Shown here: positions 20,006 through 27,846 of the stretch, piece by piece
Numbering within the stretch: position 1 is the first letter of the stretch
How the letters are laid out: each line of letters begins with the position of its first letter
Virus record (IMG/VR): IMGVR_UViG_3300028591_000072
Location: 238,582 to 302,581 of that record
Source of the DNA: a virus
Taxonomy: Duplodnaviria; Caudoviricetes
Strand: one strand, 5' to 3'
DNA: 64,000 bases
Program-made: the position numbers and the translations under genes
The notes under the pieces: generated by a model
The model's database searches: none
The model's input: only the letters and a program-made list of their open reading frames with translations
Told to the model about the DNA's origin: nothing

Positions 20006-20332
20006 ATGAAGAAATTTGCAACAAACTTAATAGAAGAAACTAAAAGAAACATTTGTTCTCATATCATGGAAATGCTTTGTAAATTAAAAGAATTTAAACC
20101 AATAACAACATTTGTTTCAAATGAGTGTAATATAGAATTACCTTCTAAATATATTATTGATAACATTAAAAAAATTATAATTGAAAATGATAACATATTA
20201 TATTTTGTAAAAAATAATGGTGACCTAGTAAAATTAGAAGAACTTAATTTGTATAATTTTAAAAATTTATCTGATAATCTTGATTGCTTGTATGAGGATA
20301 TTGTTTATAGTGCTGATAAATTTGTGCTGTAA
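20006..20332 (+). CDS. Hypothetical protein
   Basis: 108-aa ORF in operon. Confidence 0.6.
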   Translation: MKKFATNLIEETKRNICSHIMEMLCKLKEFKPITTFVSNECNIELPSKYIIDNIKKIIIENDNILYFVKNNGDLVKLEELNLYNFKNLSDNLDCLYEDIVYSADKFVL

Positions 20333-20369
20333 TTTATATTCTTGAATAATTTAAATAAATTTAAAAACT

Positions 20370-21467
20370 GTGTCAAAAATATCTTACTTTAATCAAGTAA
20401 CTCCTTGGAAAAGAGTGCTTAATGCGGCAAGAAGAACAATAGGGAAGGCTCCGTTAGATAAGGAGCCTTCAGATTCTTGGAAAGCAAAAATGCTTCTTGC
20501 TGAACATAGCCCAATTAGACTTCTTGAATTTGATTGGGTTTGGGATGACATCCAGCAATGGATTACAACACACTTAGTAAGACACCATGAAGGATGCGAA
20601 AAGTTTGTTCATTCACAAAGACAAGACAGACGTGAACTTGGCTGCTCACGTGATGAATTGCCACAAGGTGCTTTAAATGATATGGGAATGTCTGCTAATG
20701 CGCAAGCATTGATTAATATTTCAAGAAAAAGATTATGTTCTTGCGCATCAAAAGAAACTAGAGAGGCTTGGAAACAGGTTGTAGAAAAAATAAGAGAAAT
20801 TGACCCTGTATTAGCAGATAAGATGGTTTGTGAATGTTTGTACAGAAGTTTCTGCCCAGAATGGATGAATTCGTGTGGCTACGTAAATACCCCACAATAT
20901 CAGCTTGCAAGAGTTAGATATTTAAGAACCGATTATAATGACCAATGGACTCCAATTAAAGGATATGAAGGCTTATACGAAATATCTAGATTTGGAATTG
21001 TAAGAAGTATAGAAAGAGTTGTTCCTGATGGCGAAAATCGTTCAAAAACAATTCACGGAAAAGAGATAGCAATCATTCCAAATAAAAACAGAAGAGGATA
21101 TTGTTATGTTCATTTGTTTAAAGAAGGAAAAGAAAAGAGTTGTTTATTGCACAGACTTGTAGCTGAAACATTTATCCAAAATCCTGATAACAAACCAGAA
21201 GTAAACCATATAGACGGCAATAAATATAATAACCAGGTATCAAATCTTGAATGGGTTACTTCGGAAGAGAATAAACAACATGCGTGGAAAAATAAACTTT
21301 GCAATGCAGAACATAGAAAAACTAAAATAAAATGTATTCAAAATGGAGTTGTTTATAATTCTGTAGTTGAATGCTCTAAATTGCTTAACGTTGACAGAAG
21401 AAGTATTTTTAGACAATTAAAAGGAGAAAAAGAGTATGTTAAAGGATATTCGTTTGAAAGAGTTTGA
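20370..21467 (+). CDS. thyX: ThyX-like flavin-dependent thymidylate synthase fused in frame to a NUMOD4-HNH homing endonuclease
   Basis: EHSPIR and HLVRHH...SQR (ThyX-like), then W.PIKGYEGLYEISRFG.VRS (NUMOD4) and HRLVA...VNHIDGNKYNN..SNLEW (HNH); GTG start. Confidence 0.85.
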   Translation: MSKISYFNQVTPWKRVLNAARRTIGKAPLDKEPSDSWKAKMLLAEHSPIRLLEFDWVWDDIQQWITTHLVRHHEGCEKFVHSQRQDRRELGCSRDELPQGALNDMGMSANAQALINISRKRLCSCASKETREAWKQVVEKIREIDPVLADKMVCECLYRSFCPEWMNSCGYVNTPQYQLARVRYLRTDYNDQWTPIKGYEGLYEISRFGIVRSIERVVPDGENRSKTIHGKEIAIIPNKNRRGYCYVHLFKEGKEKSCLLHRLVAETFIQNPDNKPEVNHIDGNKYNNQVSNLEWVTSEENKQHAWKNKLCNAEHRKTKIKCIQNGVVYNSVVECSKLLNVDRRSIFRQLKGEKEYVKGYSFERV

Positions 21468-21555
21468 ATTTATGCGTCTCTGTGGATATTCAAAGACAGA
21501 ACAATTCCAAAAAGATTTGGAAAAATACAGGAGCACAAACTATGAAGACAAATGA
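21466..21555 (+). pseudogene. Displaced original 3' end of thyX
   Basis: Reads EFMRLCGYSKTEQFQKDLEKYRSTNYEDK*, aligning without gaps to EWMNSCGYVNTPQYQLARVRYLRTDYNDQ (from 20859), 12/29 identical. Confidence 0.85.
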
Positions 21556-21702
21556 TTACATGTGTCTTTTGAATATAACTTGCCTTCTTTGAACTTTTTT
21601 ACTCGTGTTTTGGTTTGTTGAATGGACTTGTGGTTTTGTCTTTACAACTTGTTTCACTGCTGAAACTTGCCTTGATGAAGAATTTCCTTTACATGCGCAC
21701 AT
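21556..21702 (-). CDS. Small basic 48-aa protein (MCACKG...), absent from the ORF track
   Basis: Open frame MCACKGNSSSRQVSAVKQVVKTKPQVHSTNQNTSKKVQRRQVIFKRHM*; ACTATTTAT motif upstream (21720-21728, minus). Confidence 0.65.
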   Translation of the reverse strand: MCACKGNSSSRQVSAVKQVVKTKPQVHSTNQNTSKKVQRRQVIFKRHM

Positions 21703-21789
21703 AATATAATAGTTTTAATATAAATAGTTCATAAACAAAAAAAGTCAGCCGTTATATGGATGACTTTTTGCTATTTATTACATTTAATT

Positions 21790-22257
21790 CTACTTTTTAA
21801 TTGGTTCTTCTTTTTTTTCTGCTTCTTTTTCGTCTTTAATCATACACAAAACAGAAAACATTCCATGACTTAGTTCTTTAACAATCTTTTCGGGCCTCAA
21901 TATGAATGCATCGAAAATCTTGTTATCTACTATCTTAATGCTCAATATTATCAATTTGTAAGAATCAACAGAAAGCGCCGAATCATCGTTTGGGGTTTGT
22001 GACATGCTTAGTATCTGATTTATGCTGTTAATATCACTCCTTGTTTTTGGCATTATTGCATAGCATTTATACCCCAATTTAGCGCATGGTATGAAATCTT
22101 CAAGTTTTGTTACTGATAAAATGTTGTTTTTCATACGTTCAAGTATTACACCGAATGAGCTGCATTCATACAGTCTGCATTGTTCTTCTTCATCAAACTC
22201 AGTTCCATCGAAAGCGATGTAAATGTTCTTCTTAATTTCAATTGTTGTTACTCTCAT
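21790..22257 (-). CDS. Hypothetical protein
   Basis: YIAFDGTEFDEEEQCRLYE motif common in phage early proteins. Confidence 0.7.
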   Translation of the reverse strand: MRVTTIEIKKNIYIAFDGTEFDEEEQCRLYECSSFGVILERMKNNILSVTKLEDFIPCAKLGYKCYAIMPKTRSDINSINQILSMSQTPNDDSALSVDSYKLIILSIKIVDNKIFDAFILRPEKIVKELSHGMFSVLCMIKDEKEAEKKEEPIKK

Positions 22258-22575
22258 AATACAGTCTTTTAAAATAAATATCTTTTATATTTGATTTTTA
22301 ATTATTTTTTTTGTATAATATAATAAAATCATATCATTCCTTGCGTGATATTGATTTTAATAAACTGCAAGGTAATAATAATTTAATATTTTTTAAAGTT
22401 ATGAAGTACTAGGTTTTATGGCCCCATTAATCGTTAATTCTTATTATGTTGGGTTAAAAATATGTGAAAACAAAAAAATAATAATTACCTTGCGCTGCTG
22501 ACAGTGCCATTGGATGTATCTAATGTGGTTAATAAGTATAATTTATTAACAAATACATGTTCTTAAAATTGGTTA

Positions 22576-22610
22576 AGAACCCCACGATTTCAATCGTGGG
22601 AGTATGTCAG
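22576..22610 (+). mobile_element. IS200/IS605 right-end-like hairpin (copy 2 of 3)
   Basis: aagaaccccacgatttcaatcgtgggagtatgtcag: hairpin followed by gagtatgtca. Confidence 0.6.
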
Positions 22611-22668
22611 GGAGTACAACGTGCCGTGTGGAAGCGGATGTTTTCAGGTTCGAATCCTGATGTTTGCA
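22611..22668 (+). pseudogene. 3' remnant of a tRNA gene
   Basis: T arm tcagg-ttcgaat-cctga and 3' acceptor strand tgtttgca; no matching 5' strand seen; directly follows the IS-end hairpin. Confidence 0.5.
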
Positions 22669-22744
22669 CAATTTTTTAAAAAAAAATTATTGAAAATTGA
22701 ACTTTTTGAAAAAAAAATTATATTTATATAAGAAGTCTGCTACC

Positions 22745-23255
22745 TTATGTTCACAAAGGGATAAAGAACCTTTCTTGTTGGTTGGAATGGTATGGTAACT
22801 TTCGGATGCCCAAAATCACCTCGGAAAAACAAGAAGGCAAGTCTGAAAACCAAGGGCTAAGCATATATTTGGGACAGGGGAGGGCTACCTCTGTGTGGAG
22901 TTAAAGTAAGTCAATGGGCTATGCTTCCCAAAAGCACAATGTGCTTGCTCCCAAGAGCCCCACGGTTTTAACTGTGGGAGTAGTCAGAAGTGTAAAATAT
23001 TGAAAAAATTAAAGGATTTATGCAATTGATGAGTAATAATATGAGTTTGATTAAAAACACAGGCTGTAATCTCAAAGGCTACGGCAATGGCTCATCATAT
23101 GCATGCTTACCAAGAAAAGATTGGCACTTTAGGAGTAAAGGGAAACGAGCGATAGGAAGTTGAACATAAAAGCACATAGGTTTCTAACCACAACATATTC
23201 CCGACCTCTGAAAAGTTTCCCAATCGAAGAAAAAACTGAATCAGAGGTTTTTTTA
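22745..23255 (+). ncRNA. Candidate large structured RNA of unknown class
   Basis: ORF-free, GC-richer than intergenic DNA; stems cctttcttgtt/aacaagaagg, gctgta/tacggc, atgttca/tgaacat; ends in acctctga/tcagaggt + T tract. Confidence 0.45.
22953..22987 (+). mobile_element. IS200/IS605 right-end-like hairpin (copy 3 of 3)
   Basis: aagagccccacggttttaactgtgggagtagtcag. Confidence 0.6.
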
Positions 23256-23284
23256 TTGCAAAAATTTGAAGAATAAAAAAACTT

Positions 23285-23301
23285 TGGCACGATATTTGAT
23301 A
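23285..23301 (+). promoter_or_regulatory. Sigma-54-like -24/-12 promoter
   Basis: TGGCACG-ATAT-TTGATA upstream of 23334. Confidence 0.7.
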
Positions 23302-23333
23302 GAAACTTATCTGATTCGAAATTCAACTTAAAC

Positions 23334-23585
23334 ATGGAGAAACGAAAATATAGGTCACACTATAAAATAGGTGTAAATGGAATTCTTGAGGAAAAGAAAT
23401 CTTTTGAAACCGAAGGCGAGGCATTAAAAATGGCACAGTTTTTGAATACAAAAGAAAATATCATCCATAAAATGGTCGCCTATAAATGTGAAAAATGCGG
23501 CAAATGGCACGTTGGAAGCAACAACACCGTGCTAACTGATGAGGAAAGAAAAAAAATAAAAAAAAAGTTGCAGAAAAATTTGTGA
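23334..23585 (+). CDS. Small zinc-ribbon protein
   Basis: AYKCEKCGKWHVG. Confidence 0.75.
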   Translation: MEKRKYRSHYKIGVNGILEEKKSFETEGEALKMAQFLNTKENIIHKMVAYKCEKCGKWHVGSNNTVLTDEERKKIKKKLQKNL

Positions 23586-23634
23586 TATTCAAAAATAGTT
23601 TGTATATTTGTTGTATCAAAAGTTCTTTGAAAAT

Positions 23635-23705
23635 AGGCGGTTGGTGTAATGGTAACATAGAGGTCTCCAAAACCTTTGTTGAGGGTTCGAATCCTTCACC
23701 GCCTG
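23635..23705 (+). tRNA. tRNA-Trp(CCA)
   Basis: Full cloverleaf; gaggt-ctccaaa-acctt. Confidence 0.93.
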
Positions 23706-23713
23706 CAAATAAC

Positions 23714-23794
23714 GCTCGTTAGGTCGTATAGGGGATTAGTACACTATAAGCGGGACGCTAAGAAACACTGGTTCGAAACCAGTCCAAACGAGCA
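23714..23794 (+). ncRNA. tRNA-like RNA without a normal anticodon arm
   Basis: Extended acceptor gctcgttagg/ccaaacgagc, D arm, T arm actgg-ttcgaaa-ccagt; only agcg-gga-cgct in the anticodon region. Confidence 0.7.
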
Positions 23795-23799
23795 AAAAT

Positions 23800-23871
23800 G
23801 TTGATGTGGCCGAGTGGTTAGGTAATGCTCTGCAAAAGCATACGACATGGGTTCGAATCCCTTCATCAACT
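23800..23871 (+). tRNA. tRNA-Cys(GCA)
   Basis: atgct-ctgcaaa-agcat; U73. Confidence 0.93.
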
Positions 23872-23880
23872 CAAAAATAT

Positions 23881-23980
23881 GGAGGATGTGATGTAATGGT
23901 AGGCATAGCAGGGTAGACCTGTCGGGTGTAATAAATTGGCCATGAATAAGCCCGTGAAAGTTCGAATCTTTCCGCCTCCG
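23881..23980 (+). ncRNA. tRNA-Ser-like RNA with 5-nt anticodon loop and oversized variable arm
   Basis: ggagg/cctcc-g acceptor, gcagg-gtaga-cctgt, ~32-nt variable arm, intact T arm. Confidence 0.7.
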
Positions 23981-24001
23981 CAAAAAAAGTTCTTTGAAAA
24001 T

Positions 24002-24085
24002 GGGGTTGTAACCGGTAATTGGTAGCCGAAAGGTCTGTAAAACCTTTCCCTTTTGGGACTGGTGGTTCGAGTCCACCCAACCCCA
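24002..24085 (+). tRNA. tRNA-Tyr(GTA)
   Basis: aaggt-ctgtaaa-acctt; long variable arm. Confidence 0.92.
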
Positions 24086-24166
24086 CGAATGTTCAGGTAG
24101 CGCCTGACTGAGTGCAGTTATACATCACGGGGAATCTGCACGAGAAAAAAACAAAAGGTCCGTCAA

Positions 24167-24240
24167 CGGGGTGTGGTGCAGTTGGCTAGCACACGGCATT
24201 TGGGATGCTGAAGTCGTGGGTTCGAGTCCCGCCACTCCGA
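24167..24240 (+). tRNA. tRNA-Pro(TGG)
   Basis: cggca-tttggga-tgctg. Confidence 0.93.
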
Positions 24241-24295
24241 CTCAGGATGTCCACCGAGTAATGCAAGCATAGGTGGAAAATCGTCCTGAACGAAA

Positions 24296-24452
24296 GGTGC
24301 TCTGGCAGATATGGTATATGCACTGGACTGAATACAGAGTAAACTGTAAATCAAACTCTATAGTAATTCAGTTGGTAGAAACGTGAGTCGGTGGTTCGAG
24401 TCCGCCCTATAGAGCAAATCCAGCTAAAGTGGTTCGAGTCCACTGGGCACCA
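24296..24452 (+). tRNA. tRNA-Phe(GAA) interrupted by an 84-nt insert (24333-24416) containing a nested tRNA-like fold
   Basis: Removing 24333-24416 restores ctgga-ctgaaaa-tccag and a complete cloverleaf. Confidence 0.85.
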
Positions 24453-24543
24453 CAACTAAAATAACTAAATTGGTACAGATTAAAAAATAAAATTAAACGA
24501 CAATGATAAAACGAAAGTACATAAAACGAAAACATTTAAGTAG

Positions 24544-24616
24544 GCGCTCTTAGCTTAATTGGTAGAGCTACACACTCTTAATGTGGGGGTTGTGGGTTCG
24601 ATTCCCACAGGGCGCA
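24544..24616 (+). tRNA. tRNA-Lys(CTT)
   Basis: acaca-ctcttaa-tgtgg (27:43 mismatch). Confidence 0.9.
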
Positions 24617-24634
24617 CGAAAATAAAAACAAGAT

Positions 24635-24712
24635 GCGCTCGTAGCTCAGTTGGTAGATAGCACCACACTTTTAATGTGGGAGTCCTGGGTTCGAGTCCCA
24701 GCGGGCGCACCA
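24635..24712 (+). tRNA. tRNA-Lys(TTT)
   Basis: ccaca-cttttaa-tgtgg; encoded CCA. Confidence 0.93.
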
Positions 24713-24715
24713 AAA

Positions 24716-24787
24716 GCCCCAATGGTGTAACGGATAGCACTAAAGTCCACGGAACTTTTAGTGAGGGTTCAAATCCTTCTTGGGGTA
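24716..24787 (+). tRNA. tRNA-Arg(ACG) with C33
   Basis: aaagt-ccacgga-acttt. Confidence 0.85.
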
Positions 24788-24795
24788 CAAAAATC

Positions 24796-24812
24796 TGGCA
24801 CGGTTTTTGATA
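24796..24812 (+). promoter_or_regulatory. Sigma-54-like promoter followed by boxA-like gttctttgaaa
   Basis: TGGCACG-GTTT-TTGATA. Confidence 0.7.
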
Positions 24813-24844
24813 ATGTGCAATGGTTCTTTGAAAAAATGAAAAAA

Positions 24845-25371
24845 AATTCATTGTGCATAGGCGGGAAACCCCTATGTAGAATCTCCTAAATTCGGTGGAA
24901 ATCCTTTGGTGTGCTGGTTAAACTCCAGCCTTGTAGAAATACAAGAAGAGATTTGTCTGACTAGAAAGCACTAACCAATAATGTGTAAGGACTATACCGA
25001 GCGAAAATAAGATGTAAGGGTTGAATAAACAGGTCGGCACTTTAATATGTAGAACAGAAAGAGTGAATTACATCCACAGAAACTTACTATAAACTTATAA
25101 TCGTGTAGACTGAAATGGGAGATACCTAAGTTGATTTTAGCCTCATAGGAGTAATATTCGAGTAGGGAGTATAAACAGGCACTATGTCTGTCTCACTGAA
25201 AGAAGGCTATCTTGCAAGATTTCAATATGGTAATGTCAGTTAAGACTACAACAAGCATTTAGCTCCTTGGTTCGACTCCAAGGGATGCCTGTCACGTGTT
25301 GGAAAAGGTGTCATAAGTGGGTTCCACTTGTTTGGCTATGGTAACATAGTGTGGTAAATATCAATGTAATT
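24845..25371 (+). ncRNA. Exon-less group I intron-like RNA, copy 1
   Basis: P2, P3 (tctcc/ggaga), P4 (ttcggt/accgag), P5 (tcctt/aagga), P7 (gactg/cagtt), P8, P9.0 and P9 in canonical order; no interrupted host gene. Confidence 0.78.
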
Positions 25372-25378
25372 TATATAT

Positions 25379-25453
25379 GGCCCCGTAGCTCAATTGGATA
25401 GTAGCGACAGCCTTCTAAGCTGTAGGTTCTGGGTTCGACTCCCAGCGGGGTCA
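25379..25453 (+). tRNA. tRNA-Arg(TCT)
   Basis: acagc-cttctaa-gctgt. Confidence 0.93.
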
Positions 25454-25487
25454 CAAATTTAGTTCTTTGAAAAAATTGAAAAATACA

Positions 25488-26097
25488 AATTCATTGTGCA
25501 TAGGCGGGAAACCCCTATGTAGAATCTCCTAAATTCGGTGGAAATCCTTTACCTAGATATGAAAAGAAGTAGGAAAATTCATCCTAAGTTTCATTAATTT
25601 GAAATAGGTTCCGCAACACTAACAAATAATGTGTAAGGACTATACCGAGCGAAAATGAGAATAGAATGAAAAGCAAGTACAAGCAGAAGCAATTGCCTCC
25701 TTGTAGACTTCTTTATTTCTTTATATGATACTTATTGGTGGCAATTCGTAAGTATCATTTATTCTTATAAACGTGTAGAGACTGAACGGGAGATGCCTAA
25801 GTTGGAATTATATTAAGACGATGATAGCCCAGGATTCAAAAGAGCACCCATAATGAATGGGAGGTGGTTGGTATGAAATCCAACAATTCGTTGATAATAT
25901 TACTTGCAAGAATTTCAATATGGTAATGTCAGTCAAGACCACAATAAATAAACATACATGTCTAATGGTGAAGACAAGCGACTTGAAAAGAAAGGCTGAT
26001 GTCCGAGAGGAGACGCAAATGTGGCATTGATGTGGGTTCGATTCCCACTATGTTTGTTCGGCTATGGTAACATAGTGTGGTAAATATCAATGTAATT
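25488..26097 (+). ncRNA. Exon-less group I intron-like RNA, copy 2
   Basis: Same core blocks as copy 1 (64-nt and 45-nt identical ends), R-like gtagagactgaacgggag, different peripheral loops. Confidence 0.8.
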
Positions 26098-26105
26098 TAT
26101 ATATT

Positions 26106-26278
26106 ACTCCTATAGTTCAAGGGATAGAACGGAAGTTTCCTATACAAGAGTAAACTTGTTAAAATCAAAACTTCATGTTGGTGAAGATGGTCACACGTGC
26201 GTTAAAATGTCTACACGATGGTTCGAGTCCATCACATGAAGCAAACTTCTAATCTTGGTTCGAGTCCAAGTAGGAGTA
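26106..26278 (+). tRNA. tRNA-Arg(CCT) interrupted by a 101-nt insert (26143-26243) containing a nested tRNA-like fold
   Basis: Removing the insert restores gaagt-ttcctaa-acttc and a complete cloverleaf. Confidence 0.85.
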
Positions 26279-26305
26279 CAAAAAAAAATAACCAGATGAA
26301 AATTC

Positions 26306-26322
26306 TGGCACGGTCTTTGATA
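26306..26322 (+). promoter_or_regulatory. Sigma-54-like promoter
   Basis: TGGCACG-GTCT-TTGATA, 10 nt before a tRNA. Confidence 0.7.
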
Positions 26323-26332
26323 ATATTGCAAT

Positions 26333-26403
26333 GGTGATGTAGTCTAACGGTAGAACGGGGCTCTCATAAGGCCCATACGGAAGTTCAACTCTTCCCATCG
26401 CCA
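26333..26403 (+). tRNA. tRNA-Met or Ile2 (CAT)
   Basis: gggct-ctcataa-ggccc; identity not resolvable by eye. Confidence 0.85.
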
Positions 26404-26411
26404 CAAAACTT

Positions 26412-26428
26412 TGGCACGATTTTTGATA
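26412..26428 (+). promoter_or_regulatory. Sigma-54-like promoter
   Basis: TGGCACG-ATTT-TTGATA. Confidence 0.7.
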
Positions 26429-26518
26429 AGGAATGACTGCTGAGAAAAAATTTTGCAAAATATATTTGTTTTTTTCAAAAAAAAACTATATATTAGCAAC
26501 ATCAAAAGTTCTTTAAAA

Positions 26519-26637
26519 TAATGGTCAGGCAAGTCCAGGCAGCGTTTGGGTTGAGGTCGAAAAACTCCCCACCTTATATAGGTGTAATAATCCAGGTAGC
26601 TCAGACACAGAGATTAAAAAGGTGTTACTGACCATTA
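26519..26637 (+). ncRNA. Unknown end-paired structured RNA
   Basis: 10-bp terminal stem taatggtcag/ctgaccatta; flanked by two boxA-like sites. Confidence 0.6.
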
Positions 26638-26714
26638 AAGTTCTTTGACATATTGTGAAATCTGATAAAATACAAAAAATAAGGTTGTCTGTAGAGATAC
26701 ACACAACCTATTAC

Positions 26715-26802
26715 GGAGGGGTGCCGAAGTGGTCATAACGGCCTAGACTTGAAATCTTGTGTGCTCTTTACGGGCCCGTGGGTTCGAATCCCACCCCCTC
26801 CG
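26715..26802 (+). tRNA. tRNA-Ser(TGA)
   Basis: ctaga-cttgaaa-tcttg; long variable arm. Confidence 0.92.
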
Positions 26803-26819
26803 CAGTTGTAATTGAAATT

Positions 26820-26941
26820 TGGGATGTGGTGTAATGGTAGCACACGTAGCACTTTATGATTTCAGACACGGAATTTTACAGCAATTATTTTAGCGATGAA
26901 TTTGGGTTTCCGTGGTTTTGGTTCGATTCCAGACATCCCGA
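26820..26941 (+). ncRNA. tRNA-Pro(TGG) body with a 51-nt CAGCAA-handle insert (26847-26897)
   Basis: Removing the insert restores cggaa-tttgggt-ttccg; insert holds gatttc-agacac-ggaatt-ttacagcaa. Confidence 0.75.
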
Positions 26942-26951
26942 CTAATATGAT

Positions 26952-27035
26952 GGCCAAGTGTCGTAATTGGTAACCGAGCTGGTCTCAAAAACCAGTGGGC
27001 GAAAGCCCGTGTGGGTTCGAGTCCCACCTTGGCTA
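26952..27035 (+). tRNA. tRNA-Leu(CAA)
   Basis: ctggt-ctcaaaa-accag. Confidence 0.93.
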
Positions 27036-27077
27036 CAATGGTTAAAAACCAAATAATAATTAAATTAAAAATAAATT

Positions 27078-27692
27078 ATGAAGAGAATTTTATCAGTATT
27101 AATGATTGCTTTGATGGCAATTTCTTTGACATCTTGCGATTGGTTTAAAAAGAAAAACGACAATAAGAAAGAGATTGTTGTTGAAAATTTGGTTTCGGAA
27201 GATACCAAGTACATGGTAGAAAATTATGACACATGTTTTGTTTATTACGAGACACAAATTGTTTTAAATAACTATCTTGATGAGGAATGTGATGGTTCAT
27301 TTGAAAGTGTAACAAATATATTCCAAGGATATACACTTGTTGATAGCACGTTCCAACCTACAGTAGTTATTTTTGAACACATTGGAGATTCGTCAAGCAT
27401 TGAAAAGGTTAATGATGCATGGATGGAAGATATGGTAATGAAAAAAAATGACATTGCCATTTCATATAAGGATGCATTCAAATGTATGAACGAAGTAAAT
27501 TATCCAAAACCACACGCAAAGGCTTGTACTTTGAGAAAAGAAGTAGGACCTTGCCAAGCAAACGCCCAATATATTTTTGGTAACGTTGAATCACAATTGT
27601 ATGTTGATGCAATAACAGGCGATGTTTCACCAAATAGTCCAACATTCAGTTGTCTTGGCGCTGAAGAAAATGTTGAAGAAGTGGTCGAATAA
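27078..27692 (+). CDS. Lipoprotein
   Basis: Signal peptide with lipobox SLTSC; C-terminal LYVDAITGDV (PepSY-like). Confidence 0.8.
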   Translation: MKRILSVLMIALMAISLTSCDWFKKKNDNKKEIVVENLVSEDTKYMVENYDTCFVYYETQIVLNNYLDEECDGSFESVTNIFQGYTLVDSTFQPTVVIFEHIGDSSSIEKVNDAWMEDMVMKKNDIAISYKDAFKCMNEVNYPKPHAKACTLRKEVGPCQANAQYIFGNVESQLYVDAITGDVSPNSPTFSCLGAEENVEEVVE

Positions 27693-27711
27693 TGATTAAG
27701 AAATAAAAGTA

Positions 27712-27779
27712 GAAAACCTAACAGCAATTTTTAGTAAAAAATCAGAACTTTCACTTCCGACAATAACTAATGGTTTTCG
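27712..27779 (+). ncRNA. CAGCAA-handle RNA carrying a tRNA-Glu(TTC)-type anticodon stem-loop
   Basis: gaaaacc-taacagcaa ... tcagaa-ctttcac-ttccga ... ggttttc-g. Confidence 0.75.
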
Positions 27780-27846
27780 TTTTTAATAAAAGGTGACACT
27801 TTTAGGATTTTTTGCACACCGATAGACAAGGTAAAAATCCAAGTAA

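Noticed and set aside
20859-21465. Group I intron or intein in thyX
   Set aside because: No P/Q/R/S core or intein splice motifs; the insert is fully coding and carries a duplicate tail
22745-23255. RNase P RNA or group II intron
   Set aside because: No GAGGAAAGUCC or P4 partner motif and no recognisable domain V
24086-24290. HDV-like theta ribozymes after tRNA 3' ends
   Set aside because: Small hairpins are present but I could not trace the nested double pseudoknot by eye; a motif search is needed to exclude it
24333-24416. Treating the nested elements as independent overlapping tRNA genes
   Set aside because: They lack a valid anticodon arm, have 8-bp acceptor stems and sit exactly within the outer tRNA loop
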